Shown here piece after piece: positions 28,044-38,263 of a stretch of 64,000 nt of DNA. The stretch's first letter is position 1; the number at the start of each line of letters is the position of its first letter. The stretch comes from an uncultured Methanosarcinales archaeon (GTDB lineage: Archaea; Nanobdellota; Nanobdellia; Woesearchaeales; 21-14-0-10-32-9). The position numbers and the translations under genes are program-made. The notes under the pieces are model-generated. The model saw only the letters and a list, made by a program, of their open reading frames with translations, was not told the DNA's origin and ran no database searches. Location of the stretch: assembly GCA_964548665.1 (NCBI GenBank), contig CAZJQL010000001.1:5462-69461 (forward strand), written 5' to 3'.

Positions 28044-30830
28044 TTAAAAACCCATCGAGCTGAATAAGTCGGGTTCTGTTTGAAAAGGATCTGCGTCATA
28101 CATTATTTTTAGTGCGGTTCTTTGTTTTTCAGTTATTTTTCTTTTTTCAGTTTCGCTTAGCTTGGTGTATTGTTGTCTGAAGTCATCTATGCCCAATATT
28201 TTTCCTTCAAAAAAGCTTTTGAAAGCTTGTTTTATGAGAGGAATTTTTGGTTTTTGTATGTTTTGGTAGATTTCATATTCTCTGTCGGCAAATATGACTC
28301 CTGCAAACCAATCTTTGTAAGCTACCGCGTTTACTTTTCCAAAATTTATTGCTTCAGAGACAGGATTATTTTCTGATATTATAAATGTGTTTGCTCTGAT
28401 TGCAGGGTTTGCTTTATTTATTTCTTTTAGTTTTTCTTTTAGCTGTTTGCTTTTTTCTGGTATTATTACATTTAAGTTTATTCCGTGCGGTGATTTGATG
28501 AAATAGAATTTTGCTCCATATTGCATAGAAAATATTATGTTTGCTTGATTAAATTCTTCATCTGAAAGAAAATCTATTATGTTTTCTTCTAGTTTCAATC
28601 CGGTTAACTGAGAAGAATTATAGCTTGGTTTTTGTTTGAATATTTTTTGAGCATCTTCTGACGAGAATTTCCAAAAGTTGTATATTTTGTCCAAGTCATA
28701 ATTTTCCCCGAATCTTAGATTTTTAGCTTCCATGTATGTTCTTGCTTTATCTACAGGTATTTGAAGATGATACTCTAGTATTGATAGCAAACTTTCTTTT
28801 ATTAGTAAATTAGTTTCTTTTTTCGATGATTCAAAAATATATTTAGCTACAGCGTTATTTTCTATGGTTTCCCCGAATACATCTAGGATTATTGTAGGAT
28901 ATTGTAAAATTCCTTGTATTTTTCCAGGCTTATAATCTGAATATTTGAAAAGAGAGTTTGTTGTTTCTGTTATTGTTTTTCTATTTTTTAGTCTTTCCAT
29001 GAATCTTTTAAAATTTTGTTCGTGTCTTTTTGAGTATGTTCCTGTCATAATCTCGTAATTTCTATCTCCTGCTTCGTAATGAAGCATGACCGGGTCTGTG
29101 TTAAACACCGTATTTAATGGTTTGTTGACGAGCATGGCTTCCAGAATTGAGTTTCTTAAAAGCAAGTTTGTAGCTTCAGAGCTTTTCTCACCATCTTCCA
29201 AGGTATAATTACAAACTTCTATGAAATTTTCAAATTTGCCTGATTTTATTTTATCATTTATTTCTTGATAAGATAATGATTTTTTGAATCCTGCCAATGT
29301 TGATAATTTAGAGTCTCCGAGAAGAGTTATTCTGTTTTTTGAATAACAATAAGTATCTAGTATTTCTTGCGCGGTTCTTGACCATATTCTCTGAGATTTT
29401 TTTATGCCGTGTTTTATTTTAAAATCATGCAGATCATTTGTTGAGTTTGAATTTTTTTCTTTGTCGAATTTGGTTAGATGTTCTAAATCGTAATCTAAAA
29501 TGTTGTGGCCTAGTATGAATCTGTATTTTTGTGAGTCTTGATTTAATCTCATGACTAACTCAACTTCGTTTTCAACAAAGACAAATTCTATGTTTTTTTC
29601 TGAGAATCTTTGAATTGCTTTTTCTTTCCAAGATTCATTTCTCCATGCTTCTTTAGACACATATAGTTTTTTTTCATTTTTTGAGTCTAGAACAGCCATG
29701 TATATTCTTCCTGACGGAATGTTATTATTATAATCTATAACTTCTAAGTCTATAGAACAGCAGTTTTCCATGAAAACCGAATGTATTTCTTCTAATTTTT
29801 TTTCTATAGAGTCGAACATTATAGGATTTTTTCTCATATTTATTTGTTGAACTAGTTCTTTTTCTGAGTCAAAAACTGTAAATATTGGAAATTTGTTTCT
29901 TAATTGATTTGTTGGGCTATTTAATGTAAATGGATCTTGAAGTGCTTGTCTTGGAAGGAGAGCGGGTTTTCCTGTTTGCGTAGATATTTTTAATATATTG
30001 TATTTTTTTAATTCTTGTTGAACTTCCACTTCATCAGTTGCAGACATCAATATTTTGTATTGCTTGACTTTTCTCTTGTCTAGAGTTTCTACCACCGTAA
30101 ATTTGTCCACTTTTCTTGGAAATGGAAAATTCTCTAATTCTTTTATTAAACGTTCTAAGTCTTTAGCATTTTGTATTTGTTCTGATTCATATCTTTGAAG
30201 TCTAAATTCGTTTAAATCCAAAAACTTCATGTTTTTGTTTTCTGTTCTTATTTCTATTATGTGTCCATCATCTTTCTTCTTTAGACTTATATCCTCTTCA
30301 GGAATAAAACTTGATAAAACAGTTACGTAATTATTATACGCGAGTTTAGCTTCTTCTTCATCTTTGAAAACTATTGATCTTGCTAATGCACTTTTTTCTG
30401 TGTTTGTTATGAATAAAGGATTTTTTTTGGGACCGAATGTGAAGTCTAATTTTTTTCTTAGAGCTCTGTCTTTCATTCTGGCACGTATAATGTAACTATT
30501 ATTTTCATCTATGTTTTCTAATAATTGAAAGTCATTATTTGTTAAAAAATATATTTTGTCTTCTGCAAACACAATTTCTTTTTCTGGAAAAGTTTTTCCC
30601 CCGCCATATCTGTTAACCGAGAAATTGACTTCAGGATATTCTTTTTCTAATTTTTTTATTGTTTCTTGAAGCGAACCGTGTTTTTTTGGTATGAATTCTC
30701 TTGAAGGAACTTCATGGTCGCTAGCCATCTCTGTTTCTAGAAATTGTTTAGTTTCTGTATCTACGTATTCTACAATTACTTTGTTTCCACTAAGTCCTTT
30801 TGGTTTGACTTGGTAAAATAGCTTAACCAT
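28044..30830 (-). CDS. PolB-derived protein with 3'-5' exonuclease domain and apparently degenerate polymerase domain
   Basis: ExoI SIDLE, ExoII GHNILDYD, ExoIII YTLED; no DxxSLYPS or YGDTDS. Confidence 0.65.
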   Translation of the reverse strand: MVKLFYQVKPKGLSGNKVIVEYVDTETKQFLETEMASDHEVPSREFIPKKHGSLQETIKKLEKEYPEVNFSVNRYGGGKTFPEKEIVFAEDKIYFLTNNDFQLLENIDENNSYIIRARMKDRALRKKLDFTFGPKKNPLFITNTEKSALARSIVFKDEEEAKLAYNNYVTVLSSFIPEEDISLKKKDDGHIIEIRTENKNMKFLDLNEFRLQRYESEQIQNAKDLERLIKELENFPFPRKVDKFTVVETLDKRKVKQYKILMSATDEVEVQQELKKYNILKISTQTGKPALLPRQALQDPFTLNSPTNQLRNKFPIFTVFDSEKELVQQINMRKNPIMFDSIEKKLEEIHSVFMENCCSIDLEVIDYNNNIPSGRIYMAVLDSKNEKKLYVSKEAWRNESWKEKAIQRFSEKNIEFVFVENEVELVMRLNQDSQKYRFILGHNILDYDLEHLTKFDKEKNSNSTNDLHDFKIKHGIKKSQRIWSRTAQEILDTYCYSKNRITLLGDSKLSTLAGFKKSLSYQEINDKIKSGKFENFIEVCNYTLEDGEKSSEATNLLLRNSILEAMLVNKPLNTVFNTDPVMLHYEAGDRNYEIMTGTYSKRHEQNFKRFMERLKNRKTITETTNSLFKYSDYKPGKIQGILQYPTIILDVFGETIENNAVAKYIFESSKKETNLLIKESLLSILEYHLQIPVDKARTYMEAKNLRFGENYDLDKIYNFWKFSSEDAQKIFKQKPSYNSSQLTGLKLEENIIDFLSDEEFNQANIIFSMQYGAKFYFIKSPHGINLNVIIPEKSKQLKEKLKEINKANPAIRANTFIISENNPVSEAINFGKVNAVAYKDWFAGVIFADREYEIYQNIQKPKIPLIKQAFKSFFEGKILGIDDFRQQYTKLSETEKRKITEKQRTALKIMYDADPFQTEPDLFSSMGF

Positions 30831-30918
30831 AAACTTGGTTAATTATAATCATAATAAAAATATTTAGTTTTTTCACTGGCGAATGAATACATAGAACGCC
30901 TATGATTGAATAAGATGT

Positions 30919-32235
30919 TTAAACATAAATTTTTGAGAAATTTCTTAGTATGTGTATTTTATTTGGAGAATAACCCATTTCTATTGCCAGACTTTTCTGT
31001 GCTTCAAGCATATCTACTGTTCCGTGTGTTGGAATTATGTGCTCAGGCCTTATTAATTTTATGACTTCTCTATGATCTTCTCTGCACGCGTGGCCTGAAA
31101 CGTGCAAGTCTGTGAAGATTCTTACTTTTTTTTGTTTGAGGTCTTCTTCTAATTTTGCTCTATTAACAAAATTTTCTTCTACAGGAATTATTTTGCAAGA
31201 AAATAGAACTAAATCTTCTTGTTCAAAAGGAAATATTTTGTTTTTTGCCAATCTTGACAAAACTGCTTTAGGCTCTCCTTGGTGTCCTGTAACTATGAAA
31301 AGTTTATCCTTTGTTTTGGTTGTTTTTTTGAAGTATTTCTCTATTGTTGATCCAAATCTTACAAATTCAGCTTTTTTCGAAAAATCAGCTATTCCTGCCA
31401 TTTGTGCTGCATCGAGATATTTTGCAAGAGATCTTCCGACAAATACAGGAGTTCTTTTTAGGGATTTTGATAATTCTACAATTGTGTTTATTCTTGCTAT
31501 GTGGCTAGAAAAAGTTGTAACAATTATATTTTTGCCTTCTGATGATGTTCCTAAAAGTACATCTCTGAGCATCTCTCTAGCTATGCTTTCTGAAGGTGTT
31601 TTTCTGGGATCTAAAGCATACAATGAGTCCACTATAAGTGCTTTTACGTTTTTCAAATTTTTCATAGCTTCATAATTTGGTTTTTCTCCTAACAAAGGGT
31701 TGTTATCTAGTTTAAAGTCATTGGCATAAACTACAGATCCTTCTGGCGTATGAACTACAACCATGACTGTGTGTGGTGTGCTATGAGTCACATGTATAAA
31801 TTCTATACCCATATTTTCTGAAACTTTGAATTTACAGTTTTCTGAATGCGAAATAAGTTGAGAATCTATGCTCTTTTTTTTGTCCTTCAATAGCGCTCGT
31901 AGCACTTCTATTGTGAATTTTGTTCCATGAATTGGTGCTTTTAATTTACTTGTAAAGAACGGAACTGCTCCAACATGATCTAAGTGTGCATGACTAATAC
32001 AAATAGCCTTTAAATACTTTAACTCATCTTGAATTGCGTGTAAATCTGGGACTGCTTGTTCTCTTATAAGAAGTTCCTCAGAAAGCGCGAAATGCGTATC
32101 TTCATCTTCGGTCAGTCTGACATAATTTTCCATCATTAAGCCAAAGTCTAGCATAACTGCTTCTTCTTTCCATTTAACGATAGTGCAGTTTCTGCCTATT
32201 TCGCTAAATCCGCCCACAGGAATTATTTCTATCAT
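30919..32235 (-). CDS. rnj: Ribonuclease J
   Basis: GGFSEIGRN, SHAHLDH, TGHQGEP, HVSGHA. Confidence 0.92.
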   Translation of the reverse strand: MIEIIPVGGFSEIGRNCTIVKWKEEAVMLDFGLMMENYVRLTEDEDTHFALSEELLIREQAVPDLHAIQDELKYLKAICISHAHLDHVGAVPFFTSKLKAPIHGTKFTIEVLRALLKDKKKSIDSQLISHSENCKFKVSENMGIEFIHVTHSTPHTVMVVVHTPEGSVVYANDFKLDNNPLLGEKPNYEAMKNLKNVKALIVDSLYALDPRKTPSESIAREMLRDVLLGTSSEGKNIIVTTFSSHIARINTIVELSKSLKRTPVFVGRSLAKYLDAAQMAGIADFSKKAEFVRFGSTIEKYFKKTTKTKDKLFIVTGHQGEPKAVLSRLAKNKIFPFEQEDLVLFSCKIIPVEENFVNRAKLEEDLKQKKVRIFTDLHVSGHACREDHREVIKLIRPEHIIPTHGTVDMLEAQKSLAIEMGYSPNKIHILRNFSKIYV

Positions 32236-32257
32236 TTAGTTTATAGAACAATCATTA

Positions 32258-33085
32258 TTATTTATAGCTTTGCAAATATTCTTCTTTTAGATTTTTAAAA
32301 GTGAAGTAAAAATTTGTTCCGACTGAAGGAGTAGATTCAAAAGATAAGTTTCCTCCAAGCAATCTGGACAAGTCTCTTGATATTTTTAAGCCTATTCCTT
32401 TAGAAGTTATTCTATCGGGATTTTCTTTCAGCAAATAATCTTCTTGTTTAAGTTTTTGTTGTATTTCTTCACTAATTCCTAGTCCGTTGTCTTTTACAAA
32501 TCCTTGATATAAGATTCCTTCAGATGTATAAAGCATTTTTATTCCTAATTCTATTTTGTCTTTTGTAAAATCATTTGCATTTGCTGCTAAATTATAGAAT
32601 AGTCTCATCAGTTTTGTTTTGTCGGTATATATTAAATCATGTTCTTTCCCATAATTTTCGGAAGGTAGATGTGTTTTTATTATATTTACAAATTTTTTTG
32701 AACTTGAAGATGCATTATTTATACCAACATATTCTGAGACTTCATCAACGACATCATTTAGGTGTGTTTGCGATATTTTAAGTTTATTTTTGCCTTCTGC
32801 AGATTCTGCCATCTCTGCAAAATCTTGAGTCATAAAATCTAAATACCGTGCCGCTTTCATAATTATTGCAGAGTATTTTATTATTTCTTCAGAACTCACA
32901 GTTTCACCATTTTTTAAAGCAAATCCTGTTTCTTGTATAATTTCTGCAAAGTTTTGTATCGGCATCAGAGGTTTTCTTAAATCATGTAACAAATCTGAGA
33001 CGTCTTGCAAAGAAACACAGGATTTTAAGAGACTTAATACTTCAGAATCAGCTTTTTTCATATCATTATTAGCTCCGACAACCAT
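32258..33085 (-). CDS. Soluble histidine kinase (HisKA + HATPase, no sensor domain)
   Basis: HDLRKPL H-box, NLAANA N-box, DNGLG, GIGL, GGNL. Confidence 0.85.
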   Translation of the reverse strand: MVVGANNDMKKADSEVLSLLKSCVSLQDVSDLLHDLRKPLMPIQNFAEIIQETGFALKNGETVSSEEIIKYSAIIMKAARYLDFMTQDFAEMAESAEGKNKLKISQTHLNDVVDEVSEYVGINNASSSSKKFVNIIKTHLPSENYGKEHDLIYTDKTKLMRLFYNLAANANDFTKDKIELGIKMLYTSEGILYQGFVKDNGLGISEEIQQKLKQEDYLLKENPDRITSKGIGLKISRDLSRLLGGNLSFESTPSVGTNFYFTFKNLKEEYLQSYK

Positions 33086-33155
33086 GTTTCTGAGAATTTA
33101 AGTTCATTTATAAATTTTCCGATAGTTATCACTTTTGAGTAATAAATAAAATAAG

Positions 33156-33331
33156 TGCGGAGGGGGGGATTCGAACCCACGAACCCACTAAGGGACTAGA
33201 TTCCTCAAATCTTGCTTTAAAGCAATAGATTTCATTAGTGGAAAAGCCGGCGATGCAGTAATCACAGCCGGTTAGCTCATCACTCAAATTTCTTGAGTCT
33301 AGCGCATTTGACCAGGCTTTGCTACCTCCGC
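33156..33331 (-). tRNA. tRNA-Leu(CAA) with 90-nt intron at 37/38 (33202..33291)
   Basis: GCGGAGG/CCTCCGC acceptor stem, CTAGA/TCTAG anticodon stem, long variable arm, GTTCGAATC T loop; CCA not encoded. Confidence 0.9.
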
Positions 33332-33365
33332 GTAAAACAAAGAAAAAGAGCTTTGTTTAAATTGT

Positions 33366-33773
33366 TTACTGAGAATTTAGTTCTTCTAGTTTTTTTTCTA
33401 ACTTATCTAAAGTGTACTGAAGCCTATCAACATCAGTTATTTTTTTAGTTTTAACATCTTTAGTATGCAAGGTGGAACTTATTTTTTTTCTTTCTTCTTC
33501 ATGTTGTTTTTCCTTTAAAGAAAATGCATATTCATCTTCAATCTCTGCTCTCAAATCAGGATCAGCCATTAAAGGTTCTAACCTTCTAACGAGCTCCTCT
33601 AATTCTTGCAACATATTTTTCAAATCTAAAGTGAGTTCTTTTTTTCTATCCCTCATATTATAAAAATCTTCCATTTTAGTCAGAAGAAGGGCACTATCTC
33701 TAGCAACAGTCATCATCCTTATTCTGAGATTTTTAACATCCGATATTCTTGAAAAATATTCCATTTTAATCAA
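33366..33773 (-). CDS. Hypothetical coiled-coil protein
   Basis: ORF overlapping upstream gene by 4 nt; helical composition. Confidence 0.65.
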   Translation of the reverse strand: MIKMEYFSRISDVKNLRIRMMTVARDSALLLTKMEDFYNMRDRKKELTLDLKNMLQELEELVRRLEPLMADPDLRAEIEDEYAFSLKEKQHEEERKKISSTLHTKDVKTKKITDVDRLQYTLDKLEKKLEELNSQ

Positions 33774-33985
33774 TTTGATTTTAAATAATCTTCTACTTGA
33801 TCTATGCCAGCGTTAACTCTTTGAATACTAGCATCAAATTCATCTAAATCTTGGTGTTCTTGAACTTCTATTTGCCTTATTTCTTTAAGTTTATTTTTTG
33901 CTTCCTCTGTTTTTTGTCGTATCTGAACCAAAAGCTCCCTTATTTCTTCGTGTTGATCTACTTTGACATATATTGAGTTGTCCAT
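33770..33985 (-). CDS. Hypothetical small coiled-coil protein
   Basis: AGGTGA SD; IYVKVD strand followed by coiled coil. Confidence 0.65.
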   Translation of the reverse strand: MDNSIYVKVDQHEEIRELLVQIRQKTEEAKNKLKEIRQIEVQEHQDLDEFDASIQRVNAGIDQVEDYLKSN

Positions 33986-34998
33986 TATTGTTCACCTTCT
34001 TCAAATATTTTCTTATCAATCTTCAATATGTTTTCTTTTATAAAATCTAGATTTTGACTTAGTTCGTCTGTAAGCTCCTGCATGCTTTCGATTCTTTGCA
34101 TTAGCTTAACATCTATGTCCAACATTGTTTCTACTTCTTCTTTTATCAAATCAGAAACAATAATCATATTTTTGTATTTTCTTTTGTCTATGAAAATATC
34201 TCCTTTTTTATCCACTTCGTTAGGCAACCCGTACTTCTGACTTTTTATTTCAGCTAAAGAAGGAGTTTCAGATTTGCTTTTTGCTTTCAAATATTCTCCA
34301 AATGTTTTATTATTTTTTTGTCTTTCTTTTTCTAAATCCAGAGAAGGTTTTACCTCAAATTTTGGAAGAGCTTCTTCTTTTTTCGGTAAATCTTTTTTCG
34401 CAGAAGCAACTTCTTGTTTTTCTTTTTTAGAATCTTTGGATAAATCCGATAAAGGCATTTCATCTTTGGGAGATTTAGTTAATTCTTTGTCATCTAAATC
34501 CAGATTTGAGAAATCTTCAGTTTCTAATTCTTCAGGAATTAATTCTTGTTTTTTAGAAGATTGATTGGTTTGAATACTTGAACTTTTATCTGACTCCACT
34601 TTAGAATCTGACTTTTTAATACCTTTAGAATCAGCAGTTAACTCACCCACATTTATCACCATTCCTTCGAAGGCATCATTTTTATCTTCATCTTTGTTCT
34701 GCTGAGATAAATCTAATTTGGCTTTAGGAATATTTGCTGTTTGTGACTGTGGCACTTTTAAAGATTTATCAGGACCATCCTTTACTTGAACAAATTCGCT
34801 CAGTCCTAAATCGAAGTTTAAATCTTCTTCATTAAAGTCAGGTATTTCGAAGCTATTTTGCTCATCTTTTATTTTTGTTGAAGGAAGAGTAGAAACGTTC
34901 TGCTTGTTTTGGGCTTGTTGCTGAGTTGCTGTTTGAGAACCAACCCCTGTTTTAGCAGGAACAGAATTGTCTTTTTTTAAAAATCCGAAAAGCCCCAT
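33985..34998 (-). CDS. Hypothetical acidic low-complexity protein with C-terminal coiled coil
   Basis: MGLFGFLKK start, D/E/K-rich linker. Confidence 0.65.
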   Translation of the reverse strand: MGLFGFLKKDNSVPAKTGVGSQTATQQQAQNKQNVSTLPSTKIKDEQNSFEIPDFNEEDLNFDLGLSEFVQVKDGPDKSLKVPQSQTANIPKAKLDLSQQNKDEDKNDAFEGMVINVGELTADSKGIKKSDSKVESDKSSSIQTNQSSKKQELIPEELETEDFSNLDLDDKELTKSPKDEMPLSDLSKDSKKEKQEVASAKKDLPKKEEALPKFEVKPSLDLEKERQKNNKTFGEYLKAKSKSETPSLAEIKSQKYGLPNEVDKKGDIFIDKRKYKNMIIVSDLIKEEVETMLDIDVKLMQRIESMQELTDELSQNLDFIKENILKIDKKIFEEGEQ

Positions 34999-35138
34999 AT
35001 ATTACCCCTTTTTTAAAGCACGTTAACTCTGCTTTAGAGATAAAATTATGTGTTGAGTATTAAAACTTTTTTCATCACTTTAAAATAGAAAAAACAGTTT
35101 TATTAGAGCGATAGAATAAAATTTTAGTTTTCGAACAA

Positions 35139-36428
35139 CTAAATATCAAACACATCTAACAACTTAGGAGCATAAGTTTGGCCTTTAATGCTTTTTTTGG
35201 CCCAATCATTCAAAGCATATACTGATTCTTCATCGCCGTGTTGAAAAAAAACAGTTTTAGGATTTATTTCTGAGACAAGTTTTTTTATAAAGTCAGAATC
35301 TGTGTGGCCTGAAAAATCATATTTTTCAACTTCACATTTAACTATTGTTTTCCAGCCATCAATATATACAAAACCTTCTTCCAATAATTGTCGTCCGTTG
35401 GTTCTTTTACATTGAAATCCCATGAGCGTTATTTTGTTTTTAGGATCATGCCACAATTCTTTCAAATAATCGAGAACAGGCCCTCCTTGAAGCATTCCGG
35501 AAGTCGTTATAAATATACCTTTATTTTTTATGGCATCCTTTCTTCTTTTTGGACTACTTATCCATTCTACCCTATTATTGAAAAAATCTGCCAATTCTTC
35601 TTTATTACGAACATATTTACTTGCAGTTTCTATTATTTTTCTTGTTATAGTTTTAGCCATACCGTCCACATATATTTTACAGGGAATTTTTTCTCTGGCA
35701 AGCAATAGTATTGCTTCTTGAGCTCTTCCTAAAGCAAATACAGGTACAAGAACAGATCCCCCTTGAGCTATGGTTTTTTTGACAGAAGCAACAAATTTTT
35801 TGGTTAAAATTTTTCTATCAGGCAACGTTCTATTTCCATAAGTTGACTCTGTGATCAATACATCTATGGGCTTACGCTTCATCTCATTTGTAATTATGGC
35901 TTCATACATGAGTTCGGTTTCTCGGTTGTTATAATCTGCTGTATAAAGAACTCTTTTGCCTTCGACTTCTATAAGAATCATTGCGCTTCCGGGTATGTGT
36001 CCTGCATTTATGTACATGAATCTTATATCTTCGTGTTTATACCATTTATCAAATTGAACATATTTTGTTTCTTGAGATATTTCTAAAAGATCTGCCTTAT
36101 TATATGCTGGGTGTAAATGTTTTATTCTTGCTATTTTATAAGAATCTTTCAGCAAGACTTTTGTAAGGGCAAACGTTTGTCTTGTGCAAAATATTGGACA
36201 ATTAAGCTTCTCATGCTCTAAAAAAGGCAATCCTCCTGAATGATCTAGATGTGCGTGACTAAGAAAGACTCCTTTTATTTTTTTTATATCTCCAAGACCT
36301 TCAGGAGTTTGAAAACCGTCTTCCTTGAACTTTATTCCTGCATCAAGTATGTATTTTTTTCCTTTTGTTGTTATGCTTATACAGCTTCTTCCTATCTCTC
36401 TCGCGGCACCGTGAAATTGTATTTTCAT
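35139..36428 (-). CDS. MBL-fold beta-CASP ribonuclease (aCPSF-like)
   Basis: GAAREIGRSC, SHAHLDH, AGHIPG, ESTYG, FSGH. Confidence 0.9.
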   Translation of the reverse strand: MKIQFHGAAREIGRSCISITTKGKKYILDAGIKFKEDGFQTPEGLGDIKKIKGVFLSHAHLDHSGGLPFLEHEKLNCPIFCTRQTFALTKVLLKDSYKIARIKHLHPAYNKADLLEISQETKYVQFDKWYKHEDIRFMYINAGHIPGSAMILIEVEGKRVLYTADYNNRETELMYEAIITNEMKRKPIDVLITESTYGNRTLPDRKILTKKFVASVKKTIAQGGSVLVPVFALGRAQEAILLLAREKIPCKIYVDGMAKTITRKIIETASKYVRNKEELADFFNNRVEWISSPKRRKDAIKNKGIFITTSGMLQGGPVLDYLKELWHDPKNKITLMGFQCKRTNGRQLLEEGFVYIDGWKTIVKCEVEKYDFSGHTDSDFIKKLVSEINPKTVFFQHGDEESVYALNDWAKKSIKGQTYAPKLLDVFDI

Positions 36429-36552
36429 ATAATTAAAATTAACATTTAATTATTTAATTGTATCGTTTGTGAATTTATATGATAATTATTCGCAAATATT
36501 ACGATTTGCAACAGTCATCTTTCGATTTTTGAAGAGAATCTGTTAAATTTAC

Positions 36553-38241
36553 ATGATTAATTCTACAGAAATGACCAAAAAAGATTTTATATCGAGAAAT
36601 ACAATTACTTGGTTTTTAGTTTTATCATCAATAATGCTTTTCGATGTTATTTTTATTCAAGTCGTTTGGAGTGATGAATTACAAGAAAACACAGCTATGC
36701 TTAATTTAAACAACAACACAATGAATACAACTTTCATTACAAACAGCACAATTTTTGAAACAGAAAATAAAACAAGAATAGATGTTGCGGGAGAATTTCT
36801 TTTTTTAGACATAAATGATTTCAACAAATCATCCTTTTTGATGGTTAAAAATCTTAATTATTCTAAATACTTGAATTTTACTGTTTTGACAACAATTAAT
36901 TTTGAGCTGAATGAAAGCATCAACAACACAAATAGTTCCAAGCATTGGAAAATAAACAAATCCATAAATTCTTACTCTAAAACTTTTGGAGAAGTTAACA
37001 TGAGCGATAATTTCATTTCATTTTGCGTTTTAATAGAATTGTTGAATGCTGAAGACACAAATATTTCAAATAATCATTTATGTTTTTTGAATGATTCTTA
37101 TTTAAGCAACTCATTTGAAAAAGCAAATGCCTCAGAAAATGTTACAATGATTTATTTTGATGAAAATTTTACTTCTGATTTTAATTTTATTAATTTGAAT
37201 AGCTCTATAAACAATACAAACAACACAAATAATACTAATAACATGAACATTCAAATAAATCCAAATAATATCTCGGCATTCATAAATGATACAAACATTC
37301 AAGAACGCATTCAAACAACTAATGATTCTAATACTTCACAAACATTAAACAAAAATGTTTGTTCATTGAGTTTCGAAACAGACAAATTCATTTATGAAAC
37401 CGGAGAATCCATATTTTTTAAAATAAATGCAAGTAAAGAAGCTTTTCAAAAAGGAATTTATTATTGGATTGAGATTTCTGATGAAACTGTAGTAAAGGCC
37501 AAATTAGAGACAAAAATAGATAGCGCTAAAAAATTTACACCGAAAACAAGCAATAACGAATTATATTTTTTGAAAGGCTACGTTAATGGTTGTAATTCAA
37601 CTCAAGAAAATGTAGTTTTTTTTGTTGGATCTACTGAAGAACAAAAACTGCAGGAAGAAAAAACACAAAATAACTCAATAATTTCAAAAAATTCTTTCAT
37701 AAATATAAAGGAAGCTTATTTTGTAGAACAAACATTCATCATAAAAATTGATGGTTATAGAAACACAACCAATAAAAGAGTTGTTTATGTAATTCTTGAC
37801 GGAGAAAATATAAAAAAAGAAGAGCAGAAATTTAATGCTAGTAATAAAAATTCTTTTTTTTCTTTTGAAAAATATTTTAATCTTTCTTATGTTAATAAAA
37901 CATCGGAATTTAGCGTAAAAATAGAAGGCATAGATGCTCAGTCCGTAATTGAATCTTATTATTTAGAGATAGGAGATGTCTCAACGAGCGAATTTAATAA
38001 AATTGAAGACTCAAATAAAACTTATGAGGAGACAAATAGAATTTATGAAAAATTACTTGATTCGGGTAATTTTTCTGATTTGACAAATATTAACAAAACA
38101 AAAAATGAAGCAGGTTCAATAGTTGTTAAACAAGGTCAGGAACTGAATTACACCCCCGTTTATGCAGTCATTGTGAGTCTGGGAGCGTATATTATATACG
38201 TGTTTGTCAGGCATTTGATTAAAAAACGCAAAATTATATAA
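36553..38241 (+). CDS. Asn-rich surface/secreted protein with C-terminal TM anchor
   Basis: N-terminal hydrophobic segment, many N-x-S/T sequons, C-terminal TM and basic tail. Confidence 0.65.
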   Translation: MINSTEMTKKDFISRNTITWFLVLSSIMLFDVIFIQVVWSDELQENTAMLNLNNNTMNTTFITNSTIFETENKTRIDVAGEFLFLDINDFNKSSFLMVKNLNYSKYLNFTVLTTINFELNESINNTNSSKHWKINKSINSYSKTFGEVNMSDNFISFCVLIELLNAEDTNISNNHLCFLNDSYLSNSFEKANASENVTMIYFDENFTSDFNFINLNSSINNTNNTNNTNNMNIQINPNNISAFINDTNIQERIQTTNDSNTSQTLNKNVCSLSFETDKFIYETGESIFFKINASKEAFQKGIYYWIEISDETVVKAKLETKIDSAKKFTPKTSNNELYFLKGYVNGCNSTQENVVFFVGSTEEQKLQEEKTQNNSIISKNSFINIKEAYFVEQTFIIKIDGYRNTTNKRVVYVILDGENIKKEEQKFNASNKNSFFSFEKYFNLSYVNKTSEFSVKIEGIDAQSVIESYYLEIGDVSTSEFNKIEDSNKTYEETNRIYEKLLDSGNFSDLTNINKTKNEAGSIVVKQGQELNYTPVYAVIVSLGAYIIYVFVRHLIKKRKII

Positions 38242-38263
38242 GGAAACGTTTATTCTTGGAAGC

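Noticed and set aside
31112..31675. 187-aa plus-strand ORF and similar antisense ORFs over ribosomal and hsd genes
   Set aside because: Antisense to well-supported genes, with no recognisable motifs
33156..33185. tRNA-Leu 3' end as attachment site of the left island
   Set aside because: No duplicate of the tRNA 3' end seen in the window, and core genes (PCNA, RNase J) lie between it and the island
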